Below, in pieces: positions 14,401 to 28,329 of a stretch of 64,000 nucleotides of DNA (positions are counted from its first letter, which is position 1; each line of letters begins with the position of its first letter). Both the position numbers and the translations under genes were made by a program. The DNA comes from Geosiphon pyriformis uo1. Its lineage: Eukaryota > Fungi > Glomeromycota. The notes under the pieces are model-generated. The model made no database searches. It saw only the letters and a list, made by a program, of their open reading frames with translations, and was not told where the DNA came from. The DNA is taken from contig JAAOMT010000226.1 in NCBI GenBank assembly GCA_016748015.1, positions 912,604 to 976,603 on the forward strand, given 5' to 3'.

Positions 14401-17400
14401 CTTTTAGGTTTCATAAGCTAGAGCTTTTGGTCTCAAAAATTGCTAAGGCCTCTTATAAGGAGAATGTTGATAGGTTTGCTTTCCTTATGAAACACTGGAA
14501 TTCTTTGGACAATGTTAGAGCTTTGATTGTACAAAATATTGTGAACTTTGGTGCAGGTTTTAATTGTGTGCACTCAGCTTTTTTCAGTGTACAAAAGTCA
14601 TATCATGTCTCCAAGCTTGTTGAGTTTTTGCAAGCTGAGAAGTCAAAAATAAGATTGGCTATTAATAGACAGATAGAGAATTTTGCAGTTAATAAAGGTC
14701 ACATGATTAGAAGCGTGCTAGAGCATTCTTTTTAAAAGATGGTTTTGAACCATTTGGTAGTTGAAAATAAACTGATTCTGAAACTTGACCTAGTTAAAAC
14801 CAAGATTAATATTATTATGGAAAGCTGAACCAGAAAGCATAATGTGGTGAAAGATTTTTTTGATGATTGGTCTCATCAATATTAGTCTTTGGAGTATGTT
14901 TTTGATGATGCTTTTTCAAATATAATGTGCTCAGTTAGTCTTAATAAATTACTCGAAGTGGTTTTTAATCTGTCTGATAGCAAAGCTGCTGGTCTTTTTA
15001 AAGTGTTAAATGAGCTTTAGAAGCATTATGACAAATTGGTCTTGAATATGCTTTTAGTGCTTTTGAACTTCTATTTGTCTCATGAGTCAGTGTTTGGTGC
15101 TTGGAAGGAAGTTTGGGTCTCAATGATTTCAAAATTATATGAGTGGAAGAGAGTTCTTACAAACACCCAACCTATTGCTTTGATTGAAACCACCCACAAA
15201 ATATTTTCCAAGATTCTCTTGGACAGGACTTCTTTAGCATACAGCACTTTTGATGTCTTATGTGGAAACAATTTCTTAGTTCTAAAGGGTATAACAATTC
15301 AATCTCCCATTTTTGCCATTAATTCAGTTATTGAGGATGCTTTGAAAAAGAACCATGAACTTTGGTTGGTCTTACAAGACATGCAAAAGACTTATAATTC
15401 TGTTGAGTGGGAACATCTTAGAAACAGTTTGGTCAAAATAAAAATGTATAACAAGTTTATTAGATTTTTTGGTAATATTTACAATAGTTACATTAATAAG
15501 ATAATGACAGATTTTGGTTTGATAATTGAATATCAGATGCATAATGGCTTAGATCAGAAAGAAATGTTCTTACTGCTTCTTTGGTGCATATTTTATGATC
15601 CTCTTTTGTGTGAAGTCAAGAGACAGGAAAACATATGTAAATATAAGCTGAACTTTTATTATGTTGTCAAGACTGGTCATTTGGAATCTCAAGCTGAATT
15701 GACATCTTTTTTTGCTGTTGGCACTTTTGTTGATAACACAATCTAAATTGATAACAGCCAAGCTGCAATCCAACACATTTTCAATGTTGCTAGTGAATTT
15801 TTTTGGATTAATAACATTTCTATTAATAGTAACAAGACAATGGCAATTTCTATTAATTGCAAAGTTGTAAGTCCTAATTTGTCTATTAGTAGTTTACCTA
15901 TATCTATTGCCAAGAAAGAAGAGTCTCATCACTATCTAGGGATTTTTTTGTCAACTAAGAGTTTATCAAAGCCTAGTCTGGCTAAAGCAGATTTTGATGT
16001 CCAATTTTTTGCCAATCTGGTTCTAAGAAAAGCCATTTCTGATAAACAGTTTTTGTATCTGGTGTTAGCAGTTTTCTATTTCATTGTTAGCTACAAAATG
16101 CAGTTCAGTTTTGTTCCTATTAGTGTATATAATAAGTAAGATTCTTTGATTTATAAAGGCTTAAAGCTAAAGTTTGGTCTTTCTCTTGATTTTCCCAATA
16201 ATGCACTTTGTCATCTTTTATTGTATAGTTTGAAAACTTTCAAGCAAGTCTAGGCTGAAAGCAAAATTGCCTTCATTGTGTACTTTGTAAACTCTGTTGA
16301 GATTTTGGGTCAGTTGTTTTTACACAGGTTTCATGACTTGCAGATTCTGTCTTGGAGTTTACTTCACCCTTTGGTCTCTCCAGTTCACATTAAAGTCAGT
16401 GTTTCTAATAATTTTTTGACAGATGTGGTTTGTATTTTTCTTAAGTACAATCTGTTTCTAAGTGGCCATGTAAATAACTCTTTCTATTTTCATGGTAGAA
16501 CTTCTATATTATTTGTTCTTAACAAGACTAATTATTTTAAGTTTTTTCTGTCTCTTTAGTGATATGGTATTGCTTTTGTTGAACAGCTTTGTAATAAGAA
16601 TAGAGTCGTTTTTAATTGAAAAGCCTTCAAGCATTGAAAAAACTAGACCTATGTGGCCTTATTTCTGATTGGTTTAGGCTTTCTGTTGACTTTTTTGATG
16701 ATATAGCTTTTTTTTCTGCCTGTTTTTCTCCCATGAGTATCATTGAACCTTCAAATATTTTGGTATTTAGTAAGTTTGGATTGATTTGCAATCAGTTGCT
16801 GAGTCTTAAAACTGACAGTCTTTTTGTCAATATGGATGGATTTCTGAAGGGCTTGGGGAGTATTGACATGAGAGCTGGTACTGTGGTCTTTTTTGAGAAT
16901 ATAAGCTTGAGTTTAGGAATCAAGATTTTTGGTCTGATGTCTTTTACTTTGGCTGAATTGCAGGCCATTGCATTGGCTTTTGAGTGTGTTCTTTTTTTTA
17001 GCTTAGTTAGCATTTTTACAGACAGTCAGACTGTCTTGAATACGTGCAAATTAGAATTAGGTTTAATTTATCCAAATTTTCAGAATTGCTGTTGAGTCAA
17101 GTGTTAGCACATTGTGAACATTATTAGAAAAAAAAATTTAAGTGTTAGCTGACACAAGATAAAGAGTCATTTAGATGTTATGGGTAATAAACATGCTGAT
17201 ACACTTGCTGATACAGCTTCTCTTTCTCTCTGGTGTCTTTTTTTTTATGTGAAAGAATGTTGTATTTTAGCTAAAGAAAATGTCATTTCTAGTAATTTTA
17301 GATATTTTGTTTGTAGGGTCTTTCAGTCTATTTATCATGCATGCTAAAAAGTCAGTTCAGATTCTAGGGTTTTGGATAATAATTTGCATTCAGACATTAA

Positions 17401-18241
17401 TTGGTTTAGCTTATCATTGGTGTGGCATCCAAACTTGTATATGGCTTCTGGCTTTACTAATAAATTTATGGCTAGTGCTTACACATATTTTATGAAAACT
17501 TTATACTATCAGCTGCTGGTTGCTGTTTGAAAGTGCCTGTATGACAAATGTTACCTCAGTATACTGTGTTTGTATTGTGGTAAAGTAGAGGTTTCTAATC
17601 ATGTCTTTTCTTGCATAGTTAATAATTTTGTTTATTGTTGCTTGTTGAATGTTTATGTCACTGCTTGGAGTGTGCTTTCTGGTCTTTCTGTCTTCTCTTT
17701 AAGTGTTTCTTAATTACTGTCCTCTTGTATTTCAAATATTGCAGTTTGCACAGCTTTTTGCAAGGACTTTGTTTTTAAAAAGTGGCTTCAGAAAGCTATT
17801 TTTGTCTTCAAAGGTTCCAAAATAGCTGGTCAGAAGATTATAGAATTTGTGTGTAACTTATGTCTTGTCTTTAAAGATGAGATTTAGTTGGTCCATACTA
17901 AGTATTATGTCTATATAGAGAAGAGTAGGATGATACCATGTGATGATTCGGCTTTGGTTTTAGTTTTTAGACTGTTTACAGTGCTTTCTGCAGGTGTAGT
18001 TAAATTGCTGAGTATTGCTGAGACATTTGGTATTGGTTTTGAACTTTATAGGTCTTGTTTGTTTTTTTCAGGTGTTAAAGACTCAGTTTTGGTACATATA
18101 GGTACTTAGTGTGATTTTGTTTAGTCCAAGTGACTAGTCATGTATAGAAAATACATGATTTATGCCTAGTTTAGATTAGTTATTTAATGTATTGTACTAG
18201 GTAGTGTTTGGACCTTACTCATAAAATGTAAAAAAAAAAAA
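11411..18241 (+). mobile_element. Full-length degenerate LINE, copy 2 (related subfamily)
   Basis: Candidate 11-bp TSD aattataaaaa at 11400-11410 and 18242-18252; poly-A at 18230-18243; ORF1 fragments 11440-13380; ORF2 fragments 13422-18109 paralleling copy 1. Confidence 0.92.
13422..18109 (+). pseudogene. LINE copy 2 ORF2 (APE, RT, RNase H, zinc finger), disrupted
   Basis: ITETKL, LGGDFNE, TQPIALIET, LQDMQKTYNSV, FVDNTI, NMDG, AELQAI, FTDSQ. Many stops arise from Trp codons, e.g. cct aca TAG at 13974-13976. Confidence 0.92.
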
Positions 18242-18336
18242 AATTATAAAAATATAAAAAAAAAAAATTATTGTTTTTTGTAATTTTTTTTTAAATAATA
18301 TTATGTATTTAAATTTAATGTATTTTTAGATTTTGT

Positions 18337-19261
18337 TGTTACTAAAGATTTTTGGTCTCTTTTTTTTAATGTTGTTAGTGACTATTTGTTGTAAATTCAT
18401 ATTTCCTAAAAGTTATTGAACCTCTGATAACTAAATTTATCTTCTATAATTTAAACTACTGAGCTTATAATTAGAATAACCAATTTTGTGCCAATTACTT
18501 TATATAATTATATAGTAAACATCAACTCTTTCTTAAGAATTACTTGTCTGGAAGCTTACTAAAAAATATGTAATTACTTTGCTGTAAAAGTCAACTCTTT
18601 TACAAAATTCTCGTTTGTAAATTACTTTAATAATTATAATAAAAAAATAAAAAAAATGTAAAAAAAATAGAATTTTGTTAAAAAATTGTTTTCTGTTCAT
18701 ACTTGAAATTATTAATAAATTACTAAAATTGGTAGTTAATTAATTTTAAAATATTAGTTACATTTTAAAGAATTTTAAGTGTAATTATTAAAGAAATTGG
18801 GTTTTTAAAGTATATTTTTATTTGAATTTTAATACTGAAAATGAATCAAAAAATGAGTTTTTAATTTTTTAATAAGATATATTTTCTTGAAAAAAAAAGC
18901 TTTTCTTTTATACAATTTGTTATAGTATTAATTATAAATTTACATTTTTTTTTTGCTATAATTTTGACAAACTAAAGATATATTTTAACAAACTATAAAT
19001 AATTTCAGTAAATTATTAAGATATTTTGCAAATTTCTACAAATTTTGGCAAATTCTTGAATATTATAGAGTTCAGGGTATTGTATGATCTAATTATTATA
19101 ATTGTGTATTATACAAATTGAATTATTAATTGAATAATAATATTTAATAATTTAATTAACTAATAAGCAATAATTGAAATAATAATAATATATGCTAATT
19201 AATAATAGAAATTATAAAAGTAATTTTATGTTAATTACTAACTAAAATTCTACTGATAACA
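18337..19261 (-). repeat. 3' LTR of family B element
   Basis: Begins tgttacta, ends gataaca; colinear with 30151-31069. Confidence 0.88.
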
Positions 19262-20313
19262 TAATTTTTTCTTTAAAACTAAGCTTTATTAAAATTCAAG
19301 TATTATCTGTAATATCAAAATAGTAATTCAAAATAATTGAAGTGATTTGGTCTGAAAATTGTTAAAATTTCAGTTTTTTAAGTTTGCTAATATATTAAAT
19401 CTTTATTGGTTAAAGTATTGGGTTCTATAAAATATTTTCACAAGTATTGAATAAGTTATAATGTTTATAAACTGCTTTAAGTTTGTAATAAATGTTTATT
19501 GGTCCAGCTATTATCTTAAATTTGTTTTTATATAGCTTCAAAAGTAAAGATTTGTTGTTTCAAGTTCCAGTTTTTATTTATAAAGTGTTTTTTCAATATG
19601 AAAATATCTAAATATAGAAGTATATTTATGGCTTTGTTTATTAAAAAACAGTTGAAGTTTTTGTTGAATTGTAATATTTGGTAAAATGTTAATAGAAACA
19701 AATAAAAAGTTTTCTTTTAAAGCTTGCTTCAAAAGTTTTGGTAATTAAATTTCAAAATAATTTTTTGTGTTTCTTCTATATGGGTAATAATTCTAAGAAT
19801 TATTTACTATTAGTGTTATAGGTTTTTTTTGAATATTATTAATTTAACTTCTATTAATTGTTATAAATAAATCAGAGTGTGTTTTCAAAGCTAACATTAA
19901 TTTTTGGAACATTTGTTAAATGTTTTGGAAAATAATCATGATAAAAGTAAGTAAATTAAGAATAAATTTTGAAAAAATTTTGAAAAATAAAGAAATATTT
20001 TTGGGTATAAAGTTTTATATATTTTTGGTTTTAGGTTTTTATTGTAAATATTTATTATTTTTGTTTTTATATTTGTGTATTATTAAAAAAAATATTATGA
20101 TAACATTAAATTAAATATTCAGGTTTGGTTGTTGTTTTATAATAATTATTAGTACTAAATTTTGGAAAATATTTTCAGAATTAATTAAAAAAAATGTGTA
20201 CTAATTTGTAAAATTAATGATTCAAGATTGTTTCTAAAATAATAGTGTTTCTATTGATTTTTATGTGTAGCTTTTGCTAAAACTTTGTTATTAAGTCTTA
20301 ATTTATATATATT

Positions 20314-21121
20314 AAAAAAACTTTCTTTCTCTCCTTCATTCCAAATTCCTAAAAAAGAGTTAAAAGTTTTTTGAAAAAAGTTTTTTACAATTCAGTATGA
20401 TAAATCAAAACCATTTCTGCTTGACTACGAGACCATTGTTGGTCCCAGTGTAGCTATGATGAAGAAATCTGTTAAGGGCTTTAGTGTAGATACTGTTAGC
20501 AAAGATGTTGCCTCTAGAAAAAAAAGAAAAGGGGGTGTTCTGAAAGATGGTATTGTTCATGATATGGTTTTATCTGGTAAACCAGTTGGTGGTTTTTGAG
20601 GGTCTGAAGCTGATAATATCACTGAATTTGACAGTGTAGATATGGAGAAAGAGTTTTTGATTGAAGAAACTAGTGTAGATTATGGAAAGGGAGATGTTCT
20701 TAAAGGAAAAGACAGTAATCAAATGCCAAAGGGTCTGAGATTGGTTACCAAGCAGGCTCTGGACAAATCTTTGGGCAAAATCAACTTTCTGGACAACAAT
20801 AATGATAATGACATTTTTCTGAATAAACCTGTAGTGCTTTTCTCTCCTCTCAAAAAATTAGTTGATGTGTCTGCTAGGAAGTCTTTTGCTTTGGATATTG
20901 ATTTGGTCAATGTTTCTGAAAAATCTGCTCAGAACAAGCTGGCTGTGGTCAGGAAATTATTTTCGAAAATCAATGGTTTTGGGGGGGTCTCTACCCCTTC
21001 AAAATTTTCTGGGATCATTCGGGCAATGTTCACTTTCAAATCTAGCTTAATGAAAGCTACCAAATTAGCTGCTGATACAAAAATCTTAGTGAACACTGAT
21101 CTTAAAAAATCAACTGGTTGC
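20314..21121 (+). mobile_element. 5' fragment of a third LINE (same family as copy 1), interrupted by an LTR
   Basis: 5' UTR matches the reverse complement of 10550-10689; ORF 20642-21133 is homologous to copy 1 ORF1 (RKSFALDI, RKLFSKINGF, NTDLKKSTG); breaks at tgttactc. Confidence 0.9.
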
Positions 21122-21999
21122 TGTTACTCATAGAAATATAAAAAATATATTAGCATGATTATTAGCCAATCAGAAGTAGGCATAGTAAATGTGGAATTCC
21201 AGGATTCTTCTTAAGAATTGCAGGATTCCAGGAATTTCAGGATTCCCCAATGAGAAATCGCAGGATTCCAGAATTCCAGGATTTCTCTTAAAGGAATCAC
21301 AGGATTCCAGGAATTCCAGAATTCCTGTCGTGAAGAATCAAGGAATTGAGGAATCTCAATTATGTATATATAGCAGCAGGATTAGAAGCTAAAAAGACAG
21401 ATTTCTTAGTTTTAGATTTAATCTAAGCAACTTTTCAAATTACAATCATCTAATAAATAACTATTTGTTATTTCAAACTCATTTTCACTATTAACACTTT
21501 ATGTTGATAGTAATTGATACTTAACCATACTGAAACAATAGCTCTTGATCATGGTTATTGACGAAATACTAACTTGCAAATCGCCTTGGCTTATTTATTT
21601 TTTTTCTTTATGTTATTTTCTTTTCTTTATTTTCTTGCTTTGATTTTATTGTTGTTTACTAACTCTATTGAAGATTAACGTACAAGGCACTGACATCAGG
21701 ATAAATGTGACTGGTAAAAAACCCAGAAATAAGGGTAGAACATTCGATTGAGGATAGCTTATCAGGAGGAATACTGGCCATCAAGCTGAGAAAGAAATTG
21801 ACAAAACTGCAGTTTCAGAAAGCTACAGATAAAACTATCACTATTGAATCTCTGTCCATTATACAAAAAACTCAACCAAACTCTTTAGATACAAAACTTT
21901 CAGATACCAAACCTTCAGATTATCGACAACAAGAATAGCTTTGAGCACCAAGTTATGGATTTGTATTTAATTTAACACCAAAAATTGTCACCTATAACA
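21122..21999 (+). repeat. 5' LTR of family A LTR element
   Basis: TGTTACTC...ATAACA ends; CCAAT box, GGAATTCC-type repeats, TATA (tatatatagc); followed by PBS; homologous to 25610-26414. Confidence 0.9.
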
Positions 22000-22001
22000 T
22001 T

Positions 22002-22018
22002 TGGTGCTTCCTGTGAGG
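22002..22018 (+). other. Primer-binding site (tggtgcttcctgtgagg)
   Basis: TGG two nt after the LTR end; complement is a tRNA-like 3' end CCTCACAGGAAGCACCA. Confidence 0.8.
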
Positions 22019-22061
22019 TATAATCTTACAGAGAACCAGCACCAACAAACACCATCCAAAA

Positions 22062-24232
22062 GTGGCAGAATCAGAAAACATAGAAGCAAACCATTTAAGA
22101 TTCACGAAATCCCTATTTCAACACTATTGTCAACACTTGAGATTAAATCATAATCATATATTCACCGAATCAGCCTTTAATTTCTATGTCAACAAAAAGA
22201 TTTCTTTTTTGTTAGGAACACCAGTGAATACTGAATCAGCCAGAGAAACTTTTTACAGAAAATTAATTCAAAATACCAACCTACCAACAAATCACAATTT
22301 TGCCTCCATCATTACTGAGATCAACAAAGAAATTGAACATCACACTCAACAAAGATATCCAATTACTTATGCCAGTAAAGGCAAAGGAAAACTACAAACA
22401 CCAGCGGTAACACCCAAAAAGATACAACTACTCACTTGGAAGAAAACAAGAGTTGAATCACCAACTGCTCCATCCTATCACTACACACTAGGAAGCGCCA
22501 TTAATATAACATCAGCAAGCGCATCCACATCAAATGTGATATCAACATTCGGACAATTCTCATTCCAAAGTAAACAAAGAAAAACAGATCTACTAGAACC
22601 ATACAGTGAATATTTTGAAGGATTTAAGTCACAATTACCAACACCATCAGGAATTCAATCACCACCACCTCAACCATACTTTAGAACCACTACCCCATAG
22701 GAACTATCTGAAAAAAAAGAGGAAAAAGAATCAGAAAATCAAGAATTTACTTACCAAAACCCGATCCTTGAAAACCTGGAATTTGGAACTCCAAACATTC
22801 AAACTTAGCAAGAAAATCCAGAAATTGAAACTTCAAATATTCAAGCATTACAAAATTAAAACCCTGAAGTAATTAATCAATACTTACCTCCAGTTATTGT
22901 CATCGATCAACCACCAGTTGAACCAATTGGTCAGCTCATCCAAATACTGAACCAACAAACTCAACAACCACCCCCAGTACCACCTCAACAACAACAACAA
23001 CAACTTCCATCACAGCAACAACAACAAATGGCATACACACCAATCACAAAGCTCGACAAATTCACCAATGAAGAGGATGATACACAAGTTTGGCTAAACG
23101 ATGTAGAAAAAACCATCACAGCCAATGGATGGAATGACACCAGAATCATGCAAGCCATACTTTATTTTCTCAAGGATACAGCAGATTCATGGTATCAAAG
23201 CCTGGTCGACAAACTCCAAGATTTCAATGCCTTCAAATTAGAATTTTTGAGATACTTTAGCAATAACAACAGCATTAACAGATTAGTCAACACTTTTACT
23301 ATAATTAAACAAGGAGAAACTAAAGCAGTTACCACATATCTGGAATGCTTCTATAGAAATCTGCAACAAATCCAAGCAATTAATGCTAATTATTTCACAG
23401 TACCACAAATTCTCAATCAATTCATCCATGGCCTGTACAGTAGCATCCTGCAATACATATGCTCATTACATCCAGCCACTCTCCAGGACACAGTCACACA
23501 TGCCAGAGATTTCGAATCTGCCAAATTAGAAGCCAATCATGCTCATGCTGTGAATCTAGTGATGAATGGATTATCTGAATTGGATTCTAAATTGAAATGA
23601 TTCAGTGATTCAATTAATCAGAAGTTAGAGGGATACTTAGCTGACAATCATGCAATTTATTAACCATCACAATGACACAATAATCCAGGAAATGCAAATT
23701 GTTTCCAAAATCAGTTGTGTTCATTATTATTATCAGCAGCACCTAATCAGCCGTGGTAGCCAGAAATGCATGTTTGCCACAACTGTGGTAAACAAGGACA
23801 CATAAGAGCAGACTGCAGATTTTATAGCAACAATTCACAATCAGAAAATCAATATTGAAATCTCAATCACAGATTTCAAACTCTAAATCATTACCCAAAT
23901 CAAGATCAAACTACTTACCTGCCAACAACACAGCCACCAATCTATCAACCACCAGTATATTAACCTCAAATTTATCAATCACAGCCACCAATAATCTATC
24001 AGCCACAATCCCAAATAATTTATCAACCCCAATCAATTCAGACACCACCCCAAAATTCAGTTAATATGACATCAGGCCATCCCAGACCTAGAATCACACA
24101 AAACTGGAGATCAGTGATGGTTGTCTATCAACTGATCCCCAGTTCTTCCAACTTACTATCAGGATTGCATTCTCGGAATTTAGGTACCAGTGCCACCCAA
24201 AACCCGAATTCCCAGAACTATTTAAGTCTCCT
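22062..24232 (+). pseudogene. Ty3/gypsy gag (capsid plus CCHC knuckle), disrupted and truncated before pol
   Basis: Retrotrans_gag-like WLNDVEK..GW..LKDTADSWY..KQGETKAVTTYLECF; knuckle CHNCGKQGHIRADC at ~23775-23816; Gln/Pro-rich linker. Confidence 0.9.
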
Positions 24233-25609
24233 AATCTGGTTTGATTTAAGTTTAATTAAACTACTGAATCAAACCAAACTTAAACAGAAAATTTGGAAAA
24301 AATTTGAACTTAAATTTGAACCAAACTTAAAATTACTGAACTTGAACTAAACCTAAACACATGTAACAAATCTGGTTTAAGTTTAGTTCAAAGTTTATGA
24401 ATATGTTTAGATTCAACTATTAAAAACATTATATTATACTATATTATTATTTAATTTTCTTTTTAATAGTTTCTGTATTTATAATTAAAAACATTGTACT
24501 GCTTTTATAATTTTAGGCACTAAACAAGACTTTATATCTATAATTATATTCTCATCTATAGAAAAAACATGTTCAAAAACAACAGATAATTTTGAATTGC
24601 CAAATAATTATAAGCCATATATATAAGATGAAAAAATTGTATTTGATGTGTTTAAATATTAAATTATTAATAAAATATTAATTTAAATAAATATTTTTTG
24701 TAATATATCTTCTACTATGCTATTATATTTATTTTTTTATTAGTTATCTTTTCAGAAATATAATAATCAATTTTGTTAAGTTTTTTTTCTTATTATTGTT
24801 AAAGTTTAATATAGATTATATAACTAATGTTATAATATTATTAAAATTGCCATTTAACAAAAAACTGTTATTTGATATTGGTATAATATTTAATATGTAT
24901 TCTGTTTCAAAAAAAGTATGCATTTTAAAGGGTTTATTTATCATGTAAAAGTTGGAAAATAAAACTATTTAAATAAATTAATAACTTATAATTCTTTTGT
25001 TTTATTAATATTGTTATTCGAAAATTCTCTTTTTGTGAAATAATAGAATTTTTTCCTTAAATCTAATACAGTACAGAGCATTATAGTTGTATTTGTTTTA
25101 GAGTAATATTTAACCAACTTTTTTCTTGCTGTCTTAGTTACTACAATAAATAATAGATCTAATATTAAATGTATTAAATAAATAATTAAATAAATACAAT
25201 CAAAATTATAATGTTTTATCAAATTTATTATCATTAATTGTGTTTTTAACATGATTAAAAATAATACTAAAGAAGAAAATAATTAAAAAAGCAGTATTAT
25301 TTAAATTGATTGATATTTTGACTATAATATTCTTAAATAGTTTAAGAAATTTAGCAATTTTATCGAAAACAATTCACTAATTATATGAAATGACATATTG
25401 ATAAAGATTAATATAAGTGCTAATAAAAATGTTTAATGCTTATAAATTTACAGTTAGAATTTTTGTATTTAAAATATATAGAATCAGAAATAAATAACTT
25501 GTTAATTTAAGAAATAAACTATTTTTAATCATATTATAAATAAAATTCTACTAAATAAGACAATTTAGAATAAGTTTATAGTATTTAATTTAACATATAT
25601 TACAGATAT

Positions 25610-26414
25610 TGTTACTCATAAAAATTAAAAATTATAATAATAGATAAAATAGCCAATCAGAAATAGGTATAATAAAATGGGGAATTCCAGGATTTTCTTA
25701 GAAAATTGCAAAATTGCAAAATTTTTTTGGGGAATTACAAGATTCTTCAGGAATTTCATATAACACAAATTATGTATATATAGCAAAAGTGTTAAAAGCA
25801 AAAAAGTATTTAAAATTTAATAAAGTTTAGAACTTCAATACTTTTTCTTCAAAAGATAGTTTTTTATAACTTAAAATAGAAACACATTCATATTAATAAA
25901 AATATCTAATTATTATCTAATTTATGTTATTATTGCTTAATTAAGAATATTAATCACTTATTTATTATTAACATTCTATGTTGATAGAATCCAATACTTA
26001 ATTTTATTGAACCAATAGCTCTTGATTACAATTATTAATAAAATATTAATTTCTTATTTTTTTTAATTTTTTAATTTTTTTTTGTTTCGTTTTTTTGTTG
26101 TTTACTAATTAATTAAAGAGATTAAGCACTGAATAATTAACATCAAAAATAATCTAGTAAAAAATCTGAAAATAAAGATAAAAATTTAAGAATAACTTAC
26201 CAAAAAGACATGATTGCCAAAATAAACTGGCTATCATACTAAAAAAAAAAATTCACAAAAAAAATTATCAATTAAATTTCTGTCTATTATATAAAAAACT
26301 CAACTAAAACCTTTAAACTTTAAAATCTTTAGAAATTACTAATATTACTAACTATTGAGCACCAAGTTACAAATTTGCTATTTGTTCTAATATACCAAAT
26401 AATTATCTGTAACA
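25610..26414 (+). repeat. Solo LTR related to family A, inserted in the hAT
   Basis: tgttactc...gtaaca ends; 4-bp TSD atat at 25606-25609 and 26415-26418; colinear with 21122-21999. Confidence 0.88.
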
Positions 26415-26838
26415 ATATGTTTAAAAAACTCAAAACATTGGGATAAAATACGAAATGCAGAGTTAAGTTCCTTAATCTTTAATTTATATAAAGTTTAAAT
26501 TAAAAAAATTTTAGGTAAATATATTTAGTTTAGGTTTTTAACAAATATTTTGAAAATATTATTTTTTATTTTATTTAGAGTCATCTGTACTGTCAAGTTT
26601 AGAATATGAATAAAGCATCAAAATTGAAAATTCTTCAAGTTTATTGAATGTTTTTTTTTTTTAATTTTTTGCTAACTCTTTTACAAAAGTACTATTATTT
26701 ATAATGTTATTAAAAGTAATAGCAAAAAGCTATTAAAAAAAATTAGATTATAATTAATAAAATTAATAGTAAACTTATTTAAAAAAGTGTGAATATAACT
26801 TTTTTTTAAACTTTTTTGGCTGAAAATTTGGCTTAAAA

Positions 26839-27045
26839 CAATAATAAAAACCATTTAAGCTAATATTAAGAAAACGTGGTTTTCAATAATATAAGCATTG
26901 TAATAACTCTGAGTCTTAAATAATATTAATGCCAAAAATTCAGCTCTAGAGCAATAATAAAAACCAATTTAAATTAATATTAAAAAAATACAATTTTTAA
27001 TAATATAAGCACTATAATAACTCTGAATCTTAAATAATACTAATA
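26839..27045. repeat. ~113-bp tandem duplication inside the hAT
   Basis: caataataaaaacca...aataatataagca..taataactctga.tcttaaataata occurs twice. Confidence 0.8.
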
Positions 27046-28329
27046 TGCTGTATGATATGTCGATCTTATTATTGGCCATCAACTAATCCAAATTTATGCA
27101 AAAATATATATATGTATTTTTGATATAATTCTATAATCTTTTACTACTTTAAAAAATTTGTTTACAATATTTATTTTATTATATTGTTTATTTATTAATC
27201 CAAAATTAATTATTGTTTATTAAAGATTTTAATGATTATTAATATAATAAGCAGTAATAGAAACAAAGACTTTGTTATTAACAAATATCCAAAAATTTAA
27301 TGTAAAAAAAATTTTGAACTTAATAATAATTAAGTATACTTATTATATTATAAATATAAGTAAAAGAAAAAAAATATTTCATAATAAAAGTAGTGCTTAC
27401 TCTTAATTTTTGTCTACTTAAGACATAGAATTTTATAATTCTATTTTTAATTGTATCAGCACAAATAAATTAAGAAGTGTAATTTAAATATTAAAATATT
27501 TTAATTAATTTAAGATCTTTTACTATAAGAAGTAGTTACTAGTAGTTAATAAGCCAAATAGTAATTATGTCACAAAGTTTTTTATTATAAATGTTAATAA
27601 CAGTTATTACAGAAAACTAGAGCAGTTTTTTAGTTAGATTGGCCAAAAATTATAAAAAAAATAACAATTTTACTTATTAAAACATTTTTTTAATTGATTT
27701 GTAATCTTTCTAAATATTTTGTCTTTTTTATGATATTCTTCTATTGTAACATATATTGTTTAATAAAAAACTTTTAAATAGTACTATAAAAGTTTGGTAA
27801 TACCTTTAATTACACAAAAAAATAATTTATGTACACATTTTGAGATTATACATTTGGTTATTTTTTTTTGTTTACTCAAACTTATTAAAATAGTTCTATA
27901 CTTTATTCTAAAAACTAAATTTACCAAATATATTAATATTTGGACTATTTAAGTTATTAAATTCTATTATTTCAAATTTTAAATTTTTAGTAATATTGAA
28001 TAATATTAACAAATAAATTTATTTTAGTAGATTGAAAAGTAGAGTTGTTATACATGCATAGTTTTATATATTTCTTTAGCTGATTATAGTAATTAAACAA
28101 AGTAATAATTAATAAACAAATAGTACAAGTTATATTTTTTTTTAATTCTATTAAACTTAAACAAGTTTATAAACTTTGAACCAAACTCAGACTTGATAAA
28201 AAAATTCAATGCCAAATTTAAACTAAATTTACTTTGAAAAATTGGTTCAGTTTAAGTTTGGTTTATAATTCAAACCAAACTTGAACAACATTCAAAGTTC
28301 AGTTTGATTTGGTTTAATTGGAACTCTAT

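Larger units (their letters stand above)
24233..28328 (-). mobile_element. Degenerate hAT-superfamily DNA transposon
   Basis: Clusters of aaacc/aaact/gaact subterminal repeats at both ends (24233-24420, 28150-28320); terminus gaactcta (TAGAGTTC on minus); transposase relics ARKKLVKYYSKT..TVLDLRKKFYYF (24986-25252) and dimerisation-like MAYNYLAIQ..VFEHVFS..LVPKIIKAVQC (~24490-24650). Confidence 0.8.

Noticed and set aside
4063-18109. Alternative genetic code or stop readthrough explaining the fragmented ORFs
   Set aside because: All three stop types occur, at different positions in the two copies, and host genes use the standard code. Mutational decay explains it.
19262-20310. Integrase, chromodomain or env-like ORF upstream of the family B purine tract
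   Set aside because: Too decayed to recognise any motif by eye.
21189-21392. 67-aa repetitive ORF or CRISPR-like array
   Set aside because: It is a translation of short LTR U3 repeats, with no unique spacers, in a eukaryotic context.
21122-26414. 21122-21999 and 25610-26414 as paired LTRs of one element
   Set aside because: Flanks do not match (ttgc vs atat). The second LTR has its own atat TSD and sits inside the hAT.
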